Below, in pieces: positions 38,579 through 51,667 of a DNA stretch of 64,000 nt. A program made the translations under genes and the position numbers. The notes beneath the pieces are model-generated. The model saw only the letters and a list, made by a program, of their open reading frames with translations. It was not told the origin of the DNA and did no database searches. Source of the stretch: Octopus bimaculoides (taxonomy: Eukaryota); contig NC_068983.1 of assembly GCF_001194135.2 (NCBI RefSeq), positions 19,982,766-20,046,765 on the forward strand, written 5' to 3'. How positions within the stretch are numbered: position 1 is the stretch's first letter; each line of letters opens with the position of its first letter.

Positions 38579-40036
38579 NNNNNNNNNNNNNNNNNNNNNN
38601 NNNNNNNNNNNNNNNNNNNNNNNNNNNNNNNNNNNNNNNNNNNNNNNNNNNNNNNNNNNNNNNNNNNNNNNNNNNNNNNNNNNNNNNNNNNNNNNNNNNN
38701 NNNNNNNNNNNNNNNNNNNNNNNNNNNNNNNNNNNNNNNNNNNNNNNNNNNNNNNNNNNNNNNNNNNNNNNNNNNNNNNNNNNNNNNNNNNNNNNNNNNN
38801 NNNNNNNNNNNNNNNNNNNNNNNNNNNNNNNNNNNNNNNNNNNNNNNNNNNNNNNNNNNNNNNNNNNNNNNNNNNNNNNNNNNNNNNNNNNNNNNNNNNN
38901 NNNNNNNNNNNNNNNNNNNNNNNNNNNNNNNNNNNNNNNNNNNNNNNNNNNNNNNNNNNNNNNNNNNNNNNNNNNNNNNNNNNNNNNNNNNNNNNNNNNN
39001 NNNNNNNNNNNNNNNNNNNNNNNNNNNNNNNNNNNNNNNNNNNNNNNNNNNNNNNNNNNNNNNNNNNNNNNNNNNNNNNNNNNNNNNNNNNNNNNNNNNN
39101 NNNNNNNNNNNNNNNNNNNNNNNNNNNNNNNNNNNNNNNNNNNNNNNNNNNNNNNNNNNNNNNNNNNNNNNNNNNNNNNNNNNNNNNNNNNNNNNNNNNN
39201 NNNNNNNNNNNNNNNNNNNNNNNNNNNNNNNNNNNNNNNNNNNNNNNNNNNNNNNNNNNNNNNNNNNNNNNNNNNNNNNNNNNNNNNNNNNNNNNNNNNN
39301 NNNNNNNNNNNNNNNNNNNNNNNNNNNNNNNNNNNNNNNNNNNNATTATATATAAATATGTGCGCGCGCGTGTGTGTGTATGTGTGTGTGTAACGGTGCT
39401 GTGACAGAAACACGTGTTTCTACAAGTCCCTTGCTTCGAGAAAAATACAAGGTCATGCTAACAATTCTCGTTATTAATCAGCAGCTGTCTTTGCTTGCCG
39501 TTTTTTCCCGATTTTCCACTAGGCATTGGTAATTTGAATGAGGCAAGAAATTATATTGTTTTGTACATGTGTTTCCCTCTTCGCTATTTTGCTCAGTTAT
39601 GTAAAGACATTGTTGTGTGGATAACATCTACTGAAACAGAGAGAGGTGTTCAGATCTGTATCTCACTTCCTTGAAAGAAAAAGACCTTTTTGTCGCTCAA
39701 TCTTTTAGTCTGTTCTCACTTGTTTACTCGGCGTCGATATCAATCACTCTAGATGCATTTGCATTTCTGTTCCTTCTAAGGAAAGATAAGTTCAATATAG
39801 ACAGAATGGTGTCGTATAGCATTTAGTATACACAGCTATTCGTTGTTATTGTGTCTGAATTCATGCTATAAGCCACAGTCTGTTATTCTCATACTTTCGC
39901 TTTACGTTCCAAATGTGCAAATTTACGTAGTCTGTCAAATAGTTCCTACCCTTTTTTTGTTTAAGCTTTAGCCCTATGCTTGGGCAGAATGAGTAAAACA
40001 TAATAGCTATTTATTTAGAAGCTACTGTTCAAGTGT

Positions 40037-40327
40037 GAAGGTGTATGACTCAGTGGTTAGAGTGTCGGGCGTACAATCATGAGGTAGTGAGTTCGATTCC
40101 TGGACCGGGTTGTGTGTTATGTTCTTGAGCAACACACTTTATTTCACGTTGCGCCAGTTCACTTATCTGTAGAAATGAGCTGCGACATTACTGGTGCCAA
40201 GTTGTATCGGTCTTTGTATTTTTCCTTTGGGTAACATCGGTGGTATAGAGCGTGGAGGTTAGTGTGCATGGGCGACTGTTAGTCTTCCATAAACAGCCGT
40301 ACCAGGACTTGTTCCTCAAAAGGTAAC
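40037..40327 (+). mobile_element. tRNA-derived SINE with family C head/centre and a different tail
   Basis: CTCAGTGGTTAGAGTG...GAGTTCGATTCCTGGACCGGG...TTCTTGAGCAACACACTTTATTTCACGTTGC is shared with 30579-30863. The 3' part differs. Confidence 0.75.
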
Positions 40328-41700
40328 TTTCGTGACCGAAGAGAGCGGGGTGTCTTTACCCTTTACTATTCAAGGTTACTTTTTGATTTCCAGAATGAAA
40401 CAAGCCTTCTTATCGTTGTGCCGTATAAAATTTTGACATTTTTCGTTCATTGATATTTATTTCTTTTCATTTGGACACGGAGGCAATTGCCTCTACATGT
40501 CTGCTTAAATCTCCTCTCACAGACAATAATCTTAAGGCGGGCCTTTCCTCCAGTATAACCTCTTCCATTTGTTGCCTATATCCATGCGACTGGCCAGTCT
40601 GAATTATTTCATTGTGGCCTTTTCTTTATAATTATGCAGTTTATATGCGACTGGCCAATCTGAATTATTTTACTTCGACCTTCTCTTTATAATCAAGCAA
40701 ATAAATTAGCATAAATTATGCTAATCTTTCTAAAATTCATACTAGCAAATCTAGCCATCTACACTGTTAACAAAATGAGGGAGGGCAGTCATAAGAGCAG
40801 TATGTATTGAGAAATATGTAAATGGAGTTGATAAATTGGTGGGTGATGTCTTAGAGAAATTACATTATTGTTGGTGATACAGCATTCTATTGCAGCTATA
40901 TAACATATGTTTGCGACTAAGTGACATACGATGACGATTCACTCCCGAACTGAAATTGGCTCCAAGATTCTCACTACACAGCCAGAAATACCTGGACATT
41001 GTGATCCTAAAAAACGCCTCTGGTTTTATATATAATTTAAGTTAGTTGATCAGTAATTTTATCTGCTTTACATATGTACTATAAAAGTGTTAGAGCAAAC
41101 ACGCTGGCGCGCACACACTCTCTCGAGTAGACATACACATCTCTGTCGAAGAGCGTAGGTGCGATACGTTAAATATTTTCCTTTCTCCCCGGGCGTTAAA
41201 CTAATACACCGGCTTGCTGTTCCAACACCTGTCTTCTCCGTCCTTTGTTTTCTGTGAATCTGAAATATATATATATATATAAAGAAAGAAGGAGAGAGAG
41301 AGAGAGATCAACACATAGAAAATGTCAGTGTGTCGTAAGAGATGACCTTGCAGATCGCACGTTATATATCAATAGCTTAAATAATGATTCAAAACATATT
41401 ATATTCAAACTAATATTGCAGATAAAATGCTCTTTTCACATTTGTGAAGAGAACAGGCAGGTTATATATCTTTCAGCATTGATTGAATAGTTTATGTGAG
41501 AAACGGATAAGTCGAACTATGTGTTATATTTTACTTTCCCCGCCCTCTCTTCCTAATGTTCTAAGTGGTATTTTAAAACTAGTTACACATAGGGGTTGCT
41601 AAACGTTGTGGTTATTAAATGTTGATTCCGTCTTTCCTTAACGTGTTTTAAAATAATCTCCTCCATATTCCATAATGCATGAGGTAAATTACACACACAC

Positions 41701-41752
<52 letters not shown>

Positions 41753-42537
41753 ATATATGCATATGCATATAACTATATATTCATAAACGTTGCATATTTA
41801 TTTATATNNNNNNNNNNNNNNNNNNNNNNNNNNNNNNNNNNNNNNNNNNNNNNNNNNNNNNNNNNNNNNNNNNNNNNNNNNNNNNNNNNNNNNNNNNNNN
41901 NNNNNNNNNNNNNNNNNNNNNNNNNNNNNNNNNNNNNNNNNNNNNNNNNNNNNNNNNNNNNNNNNNNNNNNNNNNNTATATATTTATACATATATATTTG
42001 TATGTACGTTTGTACATATATATATATATATATATATATAGTTATGTACATACAAACGTACACATATGCGCACATTCATACAAGCATGTAAGTACATACA
42101 TACATACATACATACATACATACATACATACATACATACATACATACATACATACATAAAACAATTTATGTGCGTCAAAATTCGTCTTTTATATTTCTTG
42201 TTTTCGAAATCACAAACGAAAATTTGTATTTAACTGTGATAAATGCTTGAAATGATGCCAAGTGTTTATGCGTTTTTCCTTCAACCTTTATCTGCAAATA
42301 CGATTTTGAATCTATAATAGATTATTTCATTCCCTGCTGTTCTTTAATCTCCTTCCTTCTCTAAATGTTCAACCAATTTCAGACTTCTAGACTTGATATA
42401 ACATACTTTTAATGTCATTCAGTCACCCAGTAGCGTTTGCGTTGATTATGTACACGGATGCGTACTCGTTCAGTTATATCCTTCACAATCGCACTCACAA
42501 CTCAAATGCATACAAGCACACGAGCAAGTGTATATAA

Positions 42538-42594
<57 letters not shown>

Positions 42595-42617
42595 CAGATA
42601 GACAGACAGACAGACAG

Positions 42618-42656
<39 letters not shown>

Positions 42657-42765
42657 NNNNNNNNNNNNNNNNNNNNNNNNNNNNNNNNNNNNNNNNNNNN
42701 NNNNNNNNNNNNNNNNNNNNNNNNNNNNNNNNNNNNNNNNNNNNNNNNNNNNNNNNNNNNNNNNN

Positions 42766-42819
<54 letters not shown>

Positions 42820-42880
42820 GGCCGGATAGATAGATAGATATATAGATAGAGAGAGAGAGAGAGAGTGAAATAGTCTTCTG

Positions 42881-42919
<39 letters not shown>

Positions 42920-42973
42920 CAATAAATAACAATATGTAATATACATACATATATTTATATATATATATATACA

Positions 42974-43009
<36 letters not shown>

Positions 43010-43474
43010 TATACACACACACACATTCATACTTACATTCATACATATATAGTTATATACGCACATACATAAACACATACATACTTATAACACATATGTG
43101 CATCTTGTTTACCGCGTACATCTGTGTATGTATTGTCGTATATATAATATAAGCAACCCTTCAGTCGAACAGGTATACAGTGTCACCTCTTGCCGATATA
43201 TCTCCGTATACAGCCAAATCTCAGTCAGATGAAACGTCAGATTTAGTAGTGTTCATATTCAAAATTACAGTCGGTCATATGATAATAAATACCTTCAAAT
43301 TGAATTATATTTGGTGCGCAATTTAACCGGTTTACCATTAGCATATATTAGAACTAAAGAAGTTACAGATGAGACAAGACGTTGTCATCAAACTTGCTAG
43401 AAGTAGCAAGAAAATTTAGGAACCAAATTTAATAGTCTTAAGGAAGAAAACTTATTAGTTAATGCAGTTTAGGC

Positions 43475-44205
43475 GTTGCCGTGGCTGTGTGGTAAGGAGC
43501 TTACTTACGAACAACATGATTCCGTTTTCAGTCTCACCATTATCTTCTACACTAGGCGAGCCGACCAGAGATTTGTGAATGTGCATGAGTGAATATATGT
43601 ATGTATATATGTTCTCTTCTGCTTTTCACTATTTAAATTCTACGTCTCAGGACGGAGCTCGCTTCTAATAAAAATACAAAGCACCAACATTCGAATATAT
43701 ATAACAAAAGCAATGTCACATTTTAAATGTCTTACATACTTTTACTGTTCCACCTACGGTTTGTATGTGCAATGTGTGAGCTACTTACTTTCTTTTTTTT
43801 TTAAAGCTTAGTTTATGGAATTTGTCACATGCATTTACTCACAAAACCAAGAGCGCCTGTCTGAATGTGTGCATGTGTGTATGTATAAGTGTATGTATGC
43901 ATGAGGGTATGTACGCATGTACTCATGTACGTATGCATGTAGGTATGTATGTACGTATGTAGGGATGTATTTATGTATGTGTGCGTGTCTTTGTTTTTCC
44001 TTCACCATTTATTGACAACTGGTTCAGGTTTGGTAGTGTTTCCATAAACTAGCAGTTCGGCATAACAGACCGATACTACAAATAGCAGGTTTAAAAATAT
44101 AGGCAGAATGGGGGAAAGCAATTCGTTTGACGAAATCCCTTCGAGGCAGTGCTACAGTATGGCAACAGACGAATGACTGAGACAAGTACAAGATAAAGAT
44201 ATGTA
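43475..44205 (+). mobile_element. Two SINE family B fragments (5' part about 43475-43590, 3' part about 44000-44205)
   Basis: GTGGCTGTGTGGTAAGGAGCTT head, and GCAGTTCGGCATAACAGACCGATA...GGCAGTGCTACAGTATGGC...TGACTGAGACAAGTA tail. Confidence 0.55.
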
Positions 44206-44210
44206 TAATA

Positions 44211-44460
44211 ATGGTTTCAAACTTTGGCACAAGGCCAGCAATTTCGGGGTTGGCGGGAATCGATTATATTGACTCCAGTACTGAACTGGTACTTATTTTA
44301 TCGACCCCCACGAGGTTTGAAAGGTAAAGTCAACCTCTGGTGGATTTTGAACTCAGAACGTAAAGACGAAGAAATGCCGCTATGCATTTTATCTAAAGAT
44401 GGAGGAAATGGTGCTAAGCATTTTAACCTGCATACTAACGTCTCTCCCAGCTCACCGCCT
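44211..44460 (-). mobile_element. SINE family A (tail type 2)
   Basis: AACTGGTACTTATTTTATCGACCCC...GAACTCAGAACGTAAAGACG...AGCTCACCGCCT. Confidence 0.8.
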
Positions 44461-45620
44461 GTCAATGATTATAATAATACGATGTATTCCCGAATGAATG
44501 GAATTTTTTTCACCCCTGATCTTAATGCAACTAGACATGTGTTTCCACAGTGATAAAATCTGAAACGAAAGATTATAGTATTTAACAAAGAAAATTCGAA
44601 AAGTGTAAGGAAAAATTATACGATTTTTGTATTTCTTATTTGCTTACCCCTAGAAAGTATGAAAATGGCTAAAATTTCCTTCAGAATTTGCTTTTCTTGA
44701 ATTTAATCAGGCCCCAATGAATCCCTTTTAACACATGGCTATGATACTCCTCCACTACTCCTGCTCATGATCAGAGGTGCACATATTTTCAGCCCCTAAG
44801 GGACATGCTCAGGAGGTTATGGTCAGAAAACTGACAAACAATTCGGTGGTATAGAGCAGAGTTTTTGTTATAACAATATTTCTGCTTCAGCAACTCAGCG
44901 CTGCATCTGTCTGAAATATAATGGAAAATAGGTCAGTTTCAAAACCTTGATGTCCAGGTCATAAAAGCTTATTTTGAAGGGAATAGTTGTTATTTCCTTT
45001 GGTTTCTAGATAGAAGCAAATAGGAAATAATACTTACTGACCAAAGACAAAAATATATAAATTATATAAATAATAAATTATGTTTCACAGTGTAAAGTGC
45101 GTAGATGCGAGCCAAGGTAAATAACTTTTTATTACGATATACTGATACCCTTCATTCAGGGATTTTTGGTCATAGCTTCCCGATAATTTTGTCTGTCATA
45201 CACTTATTTTATTCTGTGTAGACAATCGCCACAGAGATATCAATTCCACATAAAATATAGTGGATTAGGCATAAATTTTATCCTGCTTCAGCAGCACTAA
45301 CTGGTTCATAGATTATTTTAGCAGATTAAATAGCTCTCTATTTTAAGTATTCAGTTTAGAATATCTGTTCACAATTTCATCACATTTGTCTTGCAAATGT
45401 TCACCTGCAGAAATCTAAGGTTAGAGTTTCAGCCAGATTTCTACGCTTATGGGCTTCTGTGCAACGGATTTAATCCTCGATTATACAGAGAGGGAGACAA
45501 GGGGGAATGCGAGATGGATATAAGATACATATACATTTACAAACATACAAAATATACGCATCAACACACACCTATATAGAAGTGTATCTGCCTTTAACCG
45601 TATGTGCGTGTATATCTATG

Positions 45621-45700
<80 letters not shown>

Positions 45701-46197
45701 CATATGGGAAAATTTACGAAAAAAACAACAGCAGACGAGGACAGGTGGTGTAAACAACAAAAGGATGCATCAGTTTAACGCTCGGGAATAGAGAAAGTNN
45801 NNNNNNNNNNNNNNNNNNNNNNNNNNNNNNNNNNNNNNNNNNNNNNNNNNNNNNNNNNNNNNNNNNNNNNNNNNNNNNNNNNNNNNNNNNNNNNNNNNNN
45901 NNNNNNNNNNNNNNNNNNNNNNNNNNNNNNNNNNNNNNNNNNNNNNNNNNNNNNNNNNNNNNNNNNNNNNNNNNNNNNNNNNNNNNNNNNNNNNNNNNNN
46001 NNNNNNNNNNNNNNNNNNNNNNNNATATATATATATATACTAGTAGATGCACCCGGCGTTGCCCAGGAATGAAATTTTTTCCTTATATATTGGAAGAAAA
46101 ATGCAAAATATGTTGTATAGAAATATGTTATTCTAAATTCAATTTATTCTTCAATTGAGATACAATCTATTCTTTAATTGGGAAATCAATTCTGAAT

Positions 46198-46253
<56 letters not shown>
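46198..46253. repeat. (ATG)n microsatellite in the Helitron 3' region
   Basis: Direct trinucleotide array. Confidence 0.95.
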
Positions 46254-46255
<2 letters not shown>

Positions 46256-46289
46256 AGGAGATAAATTCTGCCTCATATGTTGAAGGAAA

Positions 46290-47540
46290 TTACGTAAGAG
46301 CTTCTGGGTAAACAACATTCTTTGTTTTCTGGTTTGGAGTATAGACAAATAAGTCTTGCAAACTACCTTCCTTGAAGCATCCAACATAGTTGACCATAAG
46401 AAAAGCAAGCCAGTAGATTTCAAAACTGCCCTTGAATTTTATTAATAGACAGTGCAACACAATGTCGCACTGGAAATTATGTTTATTTGAACTCATACGG
46501 CTTTCTGTTGGTTTGAGTGCAATTCTTGGAATGAGAGCCTCTTCCCCAGAGGCACATTCATTGATGATGGTAGTTTCTGTCACATTAGGTGGTAATATCT
46601 TCACAGTGAACCTTGTCCTATTGCATAATTTAGCAGAATCTAAATTTCTTAGAAGCATTATTGAGATTCCTACCTTCAGAAAAATTTTATGTGGAGGACT
46701 TCCAGGTGGCTCAAGAGAATTAAGGAACTCTGTTGTGTAATGGACAGCTTGATTTTCATCAAGGACTGAATCAACTAATTTGTACTTCTTAATGACTGTT
46801 GGAACATTATCCATTAAGTCTTGCTTAATCCTTGCTACTCTCTCATTTTTTGAAGCAAGAATTGCCCTTTCACACAACCATTTATGTGAATTATAATTAT
46901 TACTTAAGTCTGGAAATAGTCTGGTCTTCAATTCAACTGGGGAATTCAGCATGATAGCAATATGAGCTAAACTGATACCACCATTACCATCAAATGGTAC
47001 TTTCCCATTTCCGAACTGGAGGATCCGTCCCCATGTAATAAAGTTAGTATTGAAAGAGAATTTCAGTACTTTATTAAATAGGTGTGAAGACGTAATGCAT
47101 GCTTTTATTTCATCAGACCTTGTTCGTCTCGGAACGACTAGTAATGTCTGTCTGAAGTCTCCTGATAAAACTAATGTAACTCCTCCCATAGATTTATTGT
47201 TGCCGAGCTTCCATTGCACCTCTATGTGACATAGTGCGTTCATCCCAAATGATAAGATGGCATTGGCACAACACTTCTGCTGAACCTGAATCTTTGCTTA
47301 TGTTACAAATTGGACTGTCATTTGTGATCATGTTCAGTGGTAATTTAAAAACAGAATGAGCTGTTCGTCCACCTGAGAGAATGGTGACAACAAAGCCAGA
47401 GAATCGTACAGCAACTGCAATTCATTTTTTGTTAGGCTACCTTGGAAAGAAGCAATGTTACAAATGTTTCACCTGTGCCACCAGGAGCACCAAGAAAGAA
47501 AACACCTCTGCTTCTTTTCTGGCGATTGTGGAACACCGAA
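46290..47540 (-). pseudogene. Helitron PIF1-like SF1B helicase domain, frameshifted and with stops
   Basis: Walker A-like LGAPGGTGETF, GGRTAHSVFKLPL, Walker B IIWDE, LSGDFRQTLLVVP, EFLNSLEPPGSPPHKIFLKVG, MLLRNLDSAKLCN, TKNVVYPEAL*. Confidence 0.92.
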
Positions 47541-47664
47541 CACACACACGCACACACACACACACACACCCGCACACACACACACACACACACACAGATA
47601 CATATACATATAATATCAAACATCAGATGAAATAGACGTGTGTGTGTGAGGGAGAGAGAGAGAA

Positions 47665-47698
<34 letters not shown>

Positions 47699-48904
47699 TG
47701 AAGGGATGTGTTGTCATGTATACGTACATACAACATACATAAATAGGCGTACATCTTTCTTGTATGTGTGCGTGTGTGTGTGCATGAGACAGAGAAAGAG
47801 AGAGTGCCACTTAGCCATCACTCTATCTCGCTCTCTCTTTCTCTCTCTCACACACACACACATATACACAGAAAAAAGCTGTATGCATATGTATTTATGT
47901 ATGTACGTATATATGACAACACATCCCTTCACTCACACGCACACAGACACACAGACACAGACACACACACACACGCACACACACACACACATACATAAAT
48001 GTATACAAACGTACATGCAAAAACACACGAGTAGGTGTGTGACTGACAACAATAAATACATAGAACTGAACACGGTGTGCAAAAAGAAAATAGATAAAAG
48101 ATTTTTACGGAAATTAATGAAGTGTGCGAGTTCCAAACGAAATTAATATGGGCGCGTGGGCGCGCGTGTGTGTGACAGAGAGAGAGAGAGAGAGAGAGAG
48201 AACATTGCAAACAAGAAATGAGTTAAACATTGAATGAAAAAATCGTATAAGCAAAGGCACGTTAAAAAGTATCTTTGTACCGAATATTTAAATTTGTGAA
48301 CTTCGTAAATATTTCTTTCAGTAATTTATCGTAGTTGTTTACAAATAGCGAACATTAAAATAGAGACTGAGAGACTTCACCGTTTTTATGTCAATACCGG
48401 AAGTTGACATTGAGAAACCTTTTTAAAGAAGTGAATCATAAATATAAAACAACTTTTTTTGGTTTTATTTTTGATAAAAAAAAAGATGAAATGAAAACCC
48501 TATCATGTGCCCGAGATCAAATTATTCATGCGTCACAAGTATGGAAGTAATTGGTGAAGCCGTTTTCACCCGAAAAGTGAATACACACACATCTATATTT
48601 TATATATTAGATTACAACATATCTATATCTATTTTACATGGTAATATAGATATGGATGATTAGGAAATTCTATCACCGTAGTTTTAATCGTTTCCCTTCT
48701 ATTCTTTCATATGTTGCTTTCTATATTATTTTAATTTTCTCGTATGTAGAGTGAGTAAATATTTTAAGAAAAATTTTTAAAAAATGAGATAATTGCGGTA
48801 TTCGCAAATATCTTTTGAGAATGCGCGTTATTACCACTGTATACAATCACAGATTGTATTGTTTGAACTTGTATGTATGGCAATTTTGTCCCTATTTTCA
48901 ACGT

Positions 48905-49115
48905 AATATCGGTTTTAACTCTTAGCACAAGCCCATCAATTTCGGCAGAGTTTTAACTCGATTACATTGACGCCAGTGTACAAAAGATACTGATTTTATC
49001 GACCCCAAAATGATGGAGGTAAAATCGACATCAGCGGAATTTGTACTCAGAACAAAAAGACGGACGAAATACTGCTAAAAAGTTTGCCTCTCGTGCTAAC
49101 ACTTCTGCCTAGTCG
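48905..49115 (-). mobile_element. SINE family A, diverged
   Basis: TTTTATCGACCCCAAAATGATG...GCGGAATTTGTACTCAGAAC...GTGCTAACACTTCTGCC. Confidence 0.7.
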
Positions 49116-49384
49116 CTACCGTTATTTCCAAAGGAATAATATCACATGATGTATTTTAAATCATCGTATAACATATCACTTACATAATTTAGCTTGTTTC
49201 TATTTCCTTAAGTTGTAGAGCAAAGTTTTTCAGTATACCATTCCCTTGGCACACAGGCCACCTCTGTAGCACCACAACCCAATAAACACATACGAAAATA
49301 CTATTCGTTCTACTGGAAATTCAAAACAACAATACAAATATATCTTAACCTACTTTTGACTATGTTGTTTCTACATTTTTAACT

Positions 49385-49555
49385 CGGAGTGGCTGTGTGG
49401 TAAGTAGCATGCTTACGAACCACATGGTTCCGGGTTTAGTTAGTTCCACTGCGTGACGCCTTGGGCAAGTGTCTTCTACTATAGCCTCGGGCCAACCAAA
49501 GCCTTGTGAGTGGATTTGGTAGACGGAAACTGAAAGAAGCCCGTCGTATATATAA

Positions 49556-49600
<45 letters not shown>

Positions 49601-49810
49601 TGTGTGTGTGTGTGTGTGTGCGTGTGTGTTTGTCCCCCCAACATCGATTGACAACCGATGCTGGTGTGTTTACGTCTCCGTAACTTAGCGGTTCGACAAA
49701 AGAAACCGATAGAACAAGTACTAGGCTTACAAAAGTCCTGGGGTCGATTTTCTCGACTAAAGGTGGTGCTCCAGCATGGACACAGTCAAAATTACTGAAA
49801 CAATTAAAAG
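49385..49810 (+). mobile_element. SINE family B, best-preserved full-length copy with central (TG)n
   Basis: tRNA-like head with GGTTCCGGGTTTAG, CCTTGGGCAAGTGTCTTC (CORE-like), central microsatellite and 3' domain ending ACTGAAACAATTAAAAG. Confidence 0.88.
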
Positions 49811-49929
49811 GGTAACAGAGTAATGATTACTTGTAATCTTCCATCGATTTCGATTATGGTTTTCACTTATAGATTCTCTGATGGCTGTACATTTTAAAGA
49901 GAAACAGAAACCACTATACAGCCGCGTAG

Positions 49930-50260
49930 TTGACCGGGCAGGCATCGTCTATGCAACATCTATTGCATATTCTGATCAAGGACTTGGTGGCATTCCGACG
50001 TCGCAGACATATGGGCCACATATACCGAATCAACGATCATTTCTGGGATCCAAGAATCCCGATTCACATTTCAGAAGTTAGCTGTTCATAACTTGATATA
50101 ATGGCCTTGCCCATGCGCATTTCTCAGTACGTCTATCATCGCTGCAAAGGAGATAAATGGAATGGCAAGGGTGTTCCAAGATTGCTGATATCTTCTCGCT
50201 GCAGGTTGTCGGAAATCATATCCGTGGGGAACCGCTTTAAATTATACCGTCTCAACTTGT
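49930..50260 (+). mobile_element. Highly decayed L1/Tx1-like ORF2 C-terminal remnant (tentative)
   Basis: Frameshifted pieces QHLLHILIK, SDVADIWATY and AFLSTSIIAAKEI parallel ETILHALVQ, IWDLWADAE and VFIVLVAMVKE of the 13345-14160 element. Confidence 0.4.
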
Positions 50261-51079
50261 TTATTAATTGTTGTTTCATATGTTATACATCCCTAAATTT
50301 TGTCTTTCTGGACTCACAAATAAGCCAATTAGGCAGTGCAGATAACTGGCTCCCAGAAAATTAAGGAGCTCTAATATGTTTTTTTTGTTCGACAAATGTG
50401 CTGGCACGAACTGTTACATCATTACATCACTCCTCAAGTATGTTACAACACGGTCGTTCATTTTCTCGATATCAACAACAAAAACAATGACTTCAAGTTT
50501 AATAACCAAATCATGACATCAAGGAGTAGAAAAAAAAAAACATTTACAGCAGCCCTAATAACTGCAAGGACAACACAAACAATGACGTCATTGAAAAACA
50601 ATATGAAAGAAAAACAAGCTCACATGACGGAAAACATTTTATTTTAAATCAAAGACATCAAAAGCAATAATGAAAACAATAAACAAAAACAGCCACAAGG
50701 ACAGCAACAAGAAAACCGAAAGCAACAAGGAATATAACAAGTCACAAGAGCTAGCAGCACAATAAGAATAAGAACCAAAAAACAATTGTAATAAGAACCA
50801 AAGAGAAAATTAACGACAAAACATCGACCGAAGCAATAAAAATACAATAACATCAACGGGTCTGTCAAAAGGAAAATAATACAAGAAGAAGAAATTAGCA
50901 AATATAATGATGTTGGTGATTAATAGTGAACCCTAAAGTCACCAGAATATAACAGCAGGACTACAAAAGCTTCTTCAACATCCACAACAACATTAACGTA
51001 GAATTAGCAACCATCACCAGGACAATTAATAGACAAACGATTATGAAGGAGAATGAGGTTGGAAAAAAAAAACTACAAC

Positions 51080-51210
51080 GACGATGAGTACCAACACTAC
51101 CACCAGTAGAACCGACAACACCACAGCTACTGCCACCACCACTACTAACACTACCACCACCATCACTACCACGACGACGACGACGACGACCAACACCACC
51201 ACCACCGGCA
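51080..51210. repeat. (ACC/ACG/ACT)n trinucleotide low-complexity tract (degenerate (ACA)-rich tract from about 50480)
   Basis: Direct repeats. These explain the poly-Thr and poly-Val ORFs. Confidence 0.9.
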
Positions 51211-51222
51211 GAACAATAATAT

Positions 51223-51435
51223 TATTTTCTACTCTCGGCACAAGGCCTGAAATTTTGGGGGAGGGCTAGTCGATTAGATCGACCCCAGTACGCAAGTGGT
51301 ACTTAATTTATCGACTCCGAAAGGACAAAAGGCAAAGTCGACCTCGGCAGAATTTGAACTCAAAACGTAAAGATTGACGAAATACCGCTAAGCATTTCGC
51401 CCGGCATGCTAACGTTTCTACCAGCTCGCCGCCTT
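51223..51435 (-). mobile_element. SINE family A (tail type 2)
   Basis: Well-preserved reverse complement of the family A head and body. Confidence 0.88.
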
Positions 51436-51667
51436 AAGAACAATATTATTTGCTCGATCTGAGAAGACCACTTTTTATCCTGGGTTTCTTCTAGCTATAT
51501 CGAGTTGTTACAAGAATTTGGGACGGATGACTAGATTTAGAATATCTTTCTCCTTGACTTCGACTACACAAGAGGTCACTGTAAAGGGACATCGAAAATG
51601 GTTCAGAAAAAAAAGGGCATATTTACAAATCTACGTGGTGAGGGTTATGAATATTAATAAGTTCTTA

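Larger units (their letters stand above)
46040..48611 (-). mobile_element. Internally deleted Helitron with both termini
   Basis: The minus-strand 3' end is hairpin CCTGGGCAACGCCGGG followed by TGCATCTACTAG|T (CTAG at 46040-46043). The 5' end is A|TCTAATATATAAAA at 48611. It contains a PIF1-type helicase remnant. The 5' terminus is less certain than the 3'. Confidence 0.75.
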
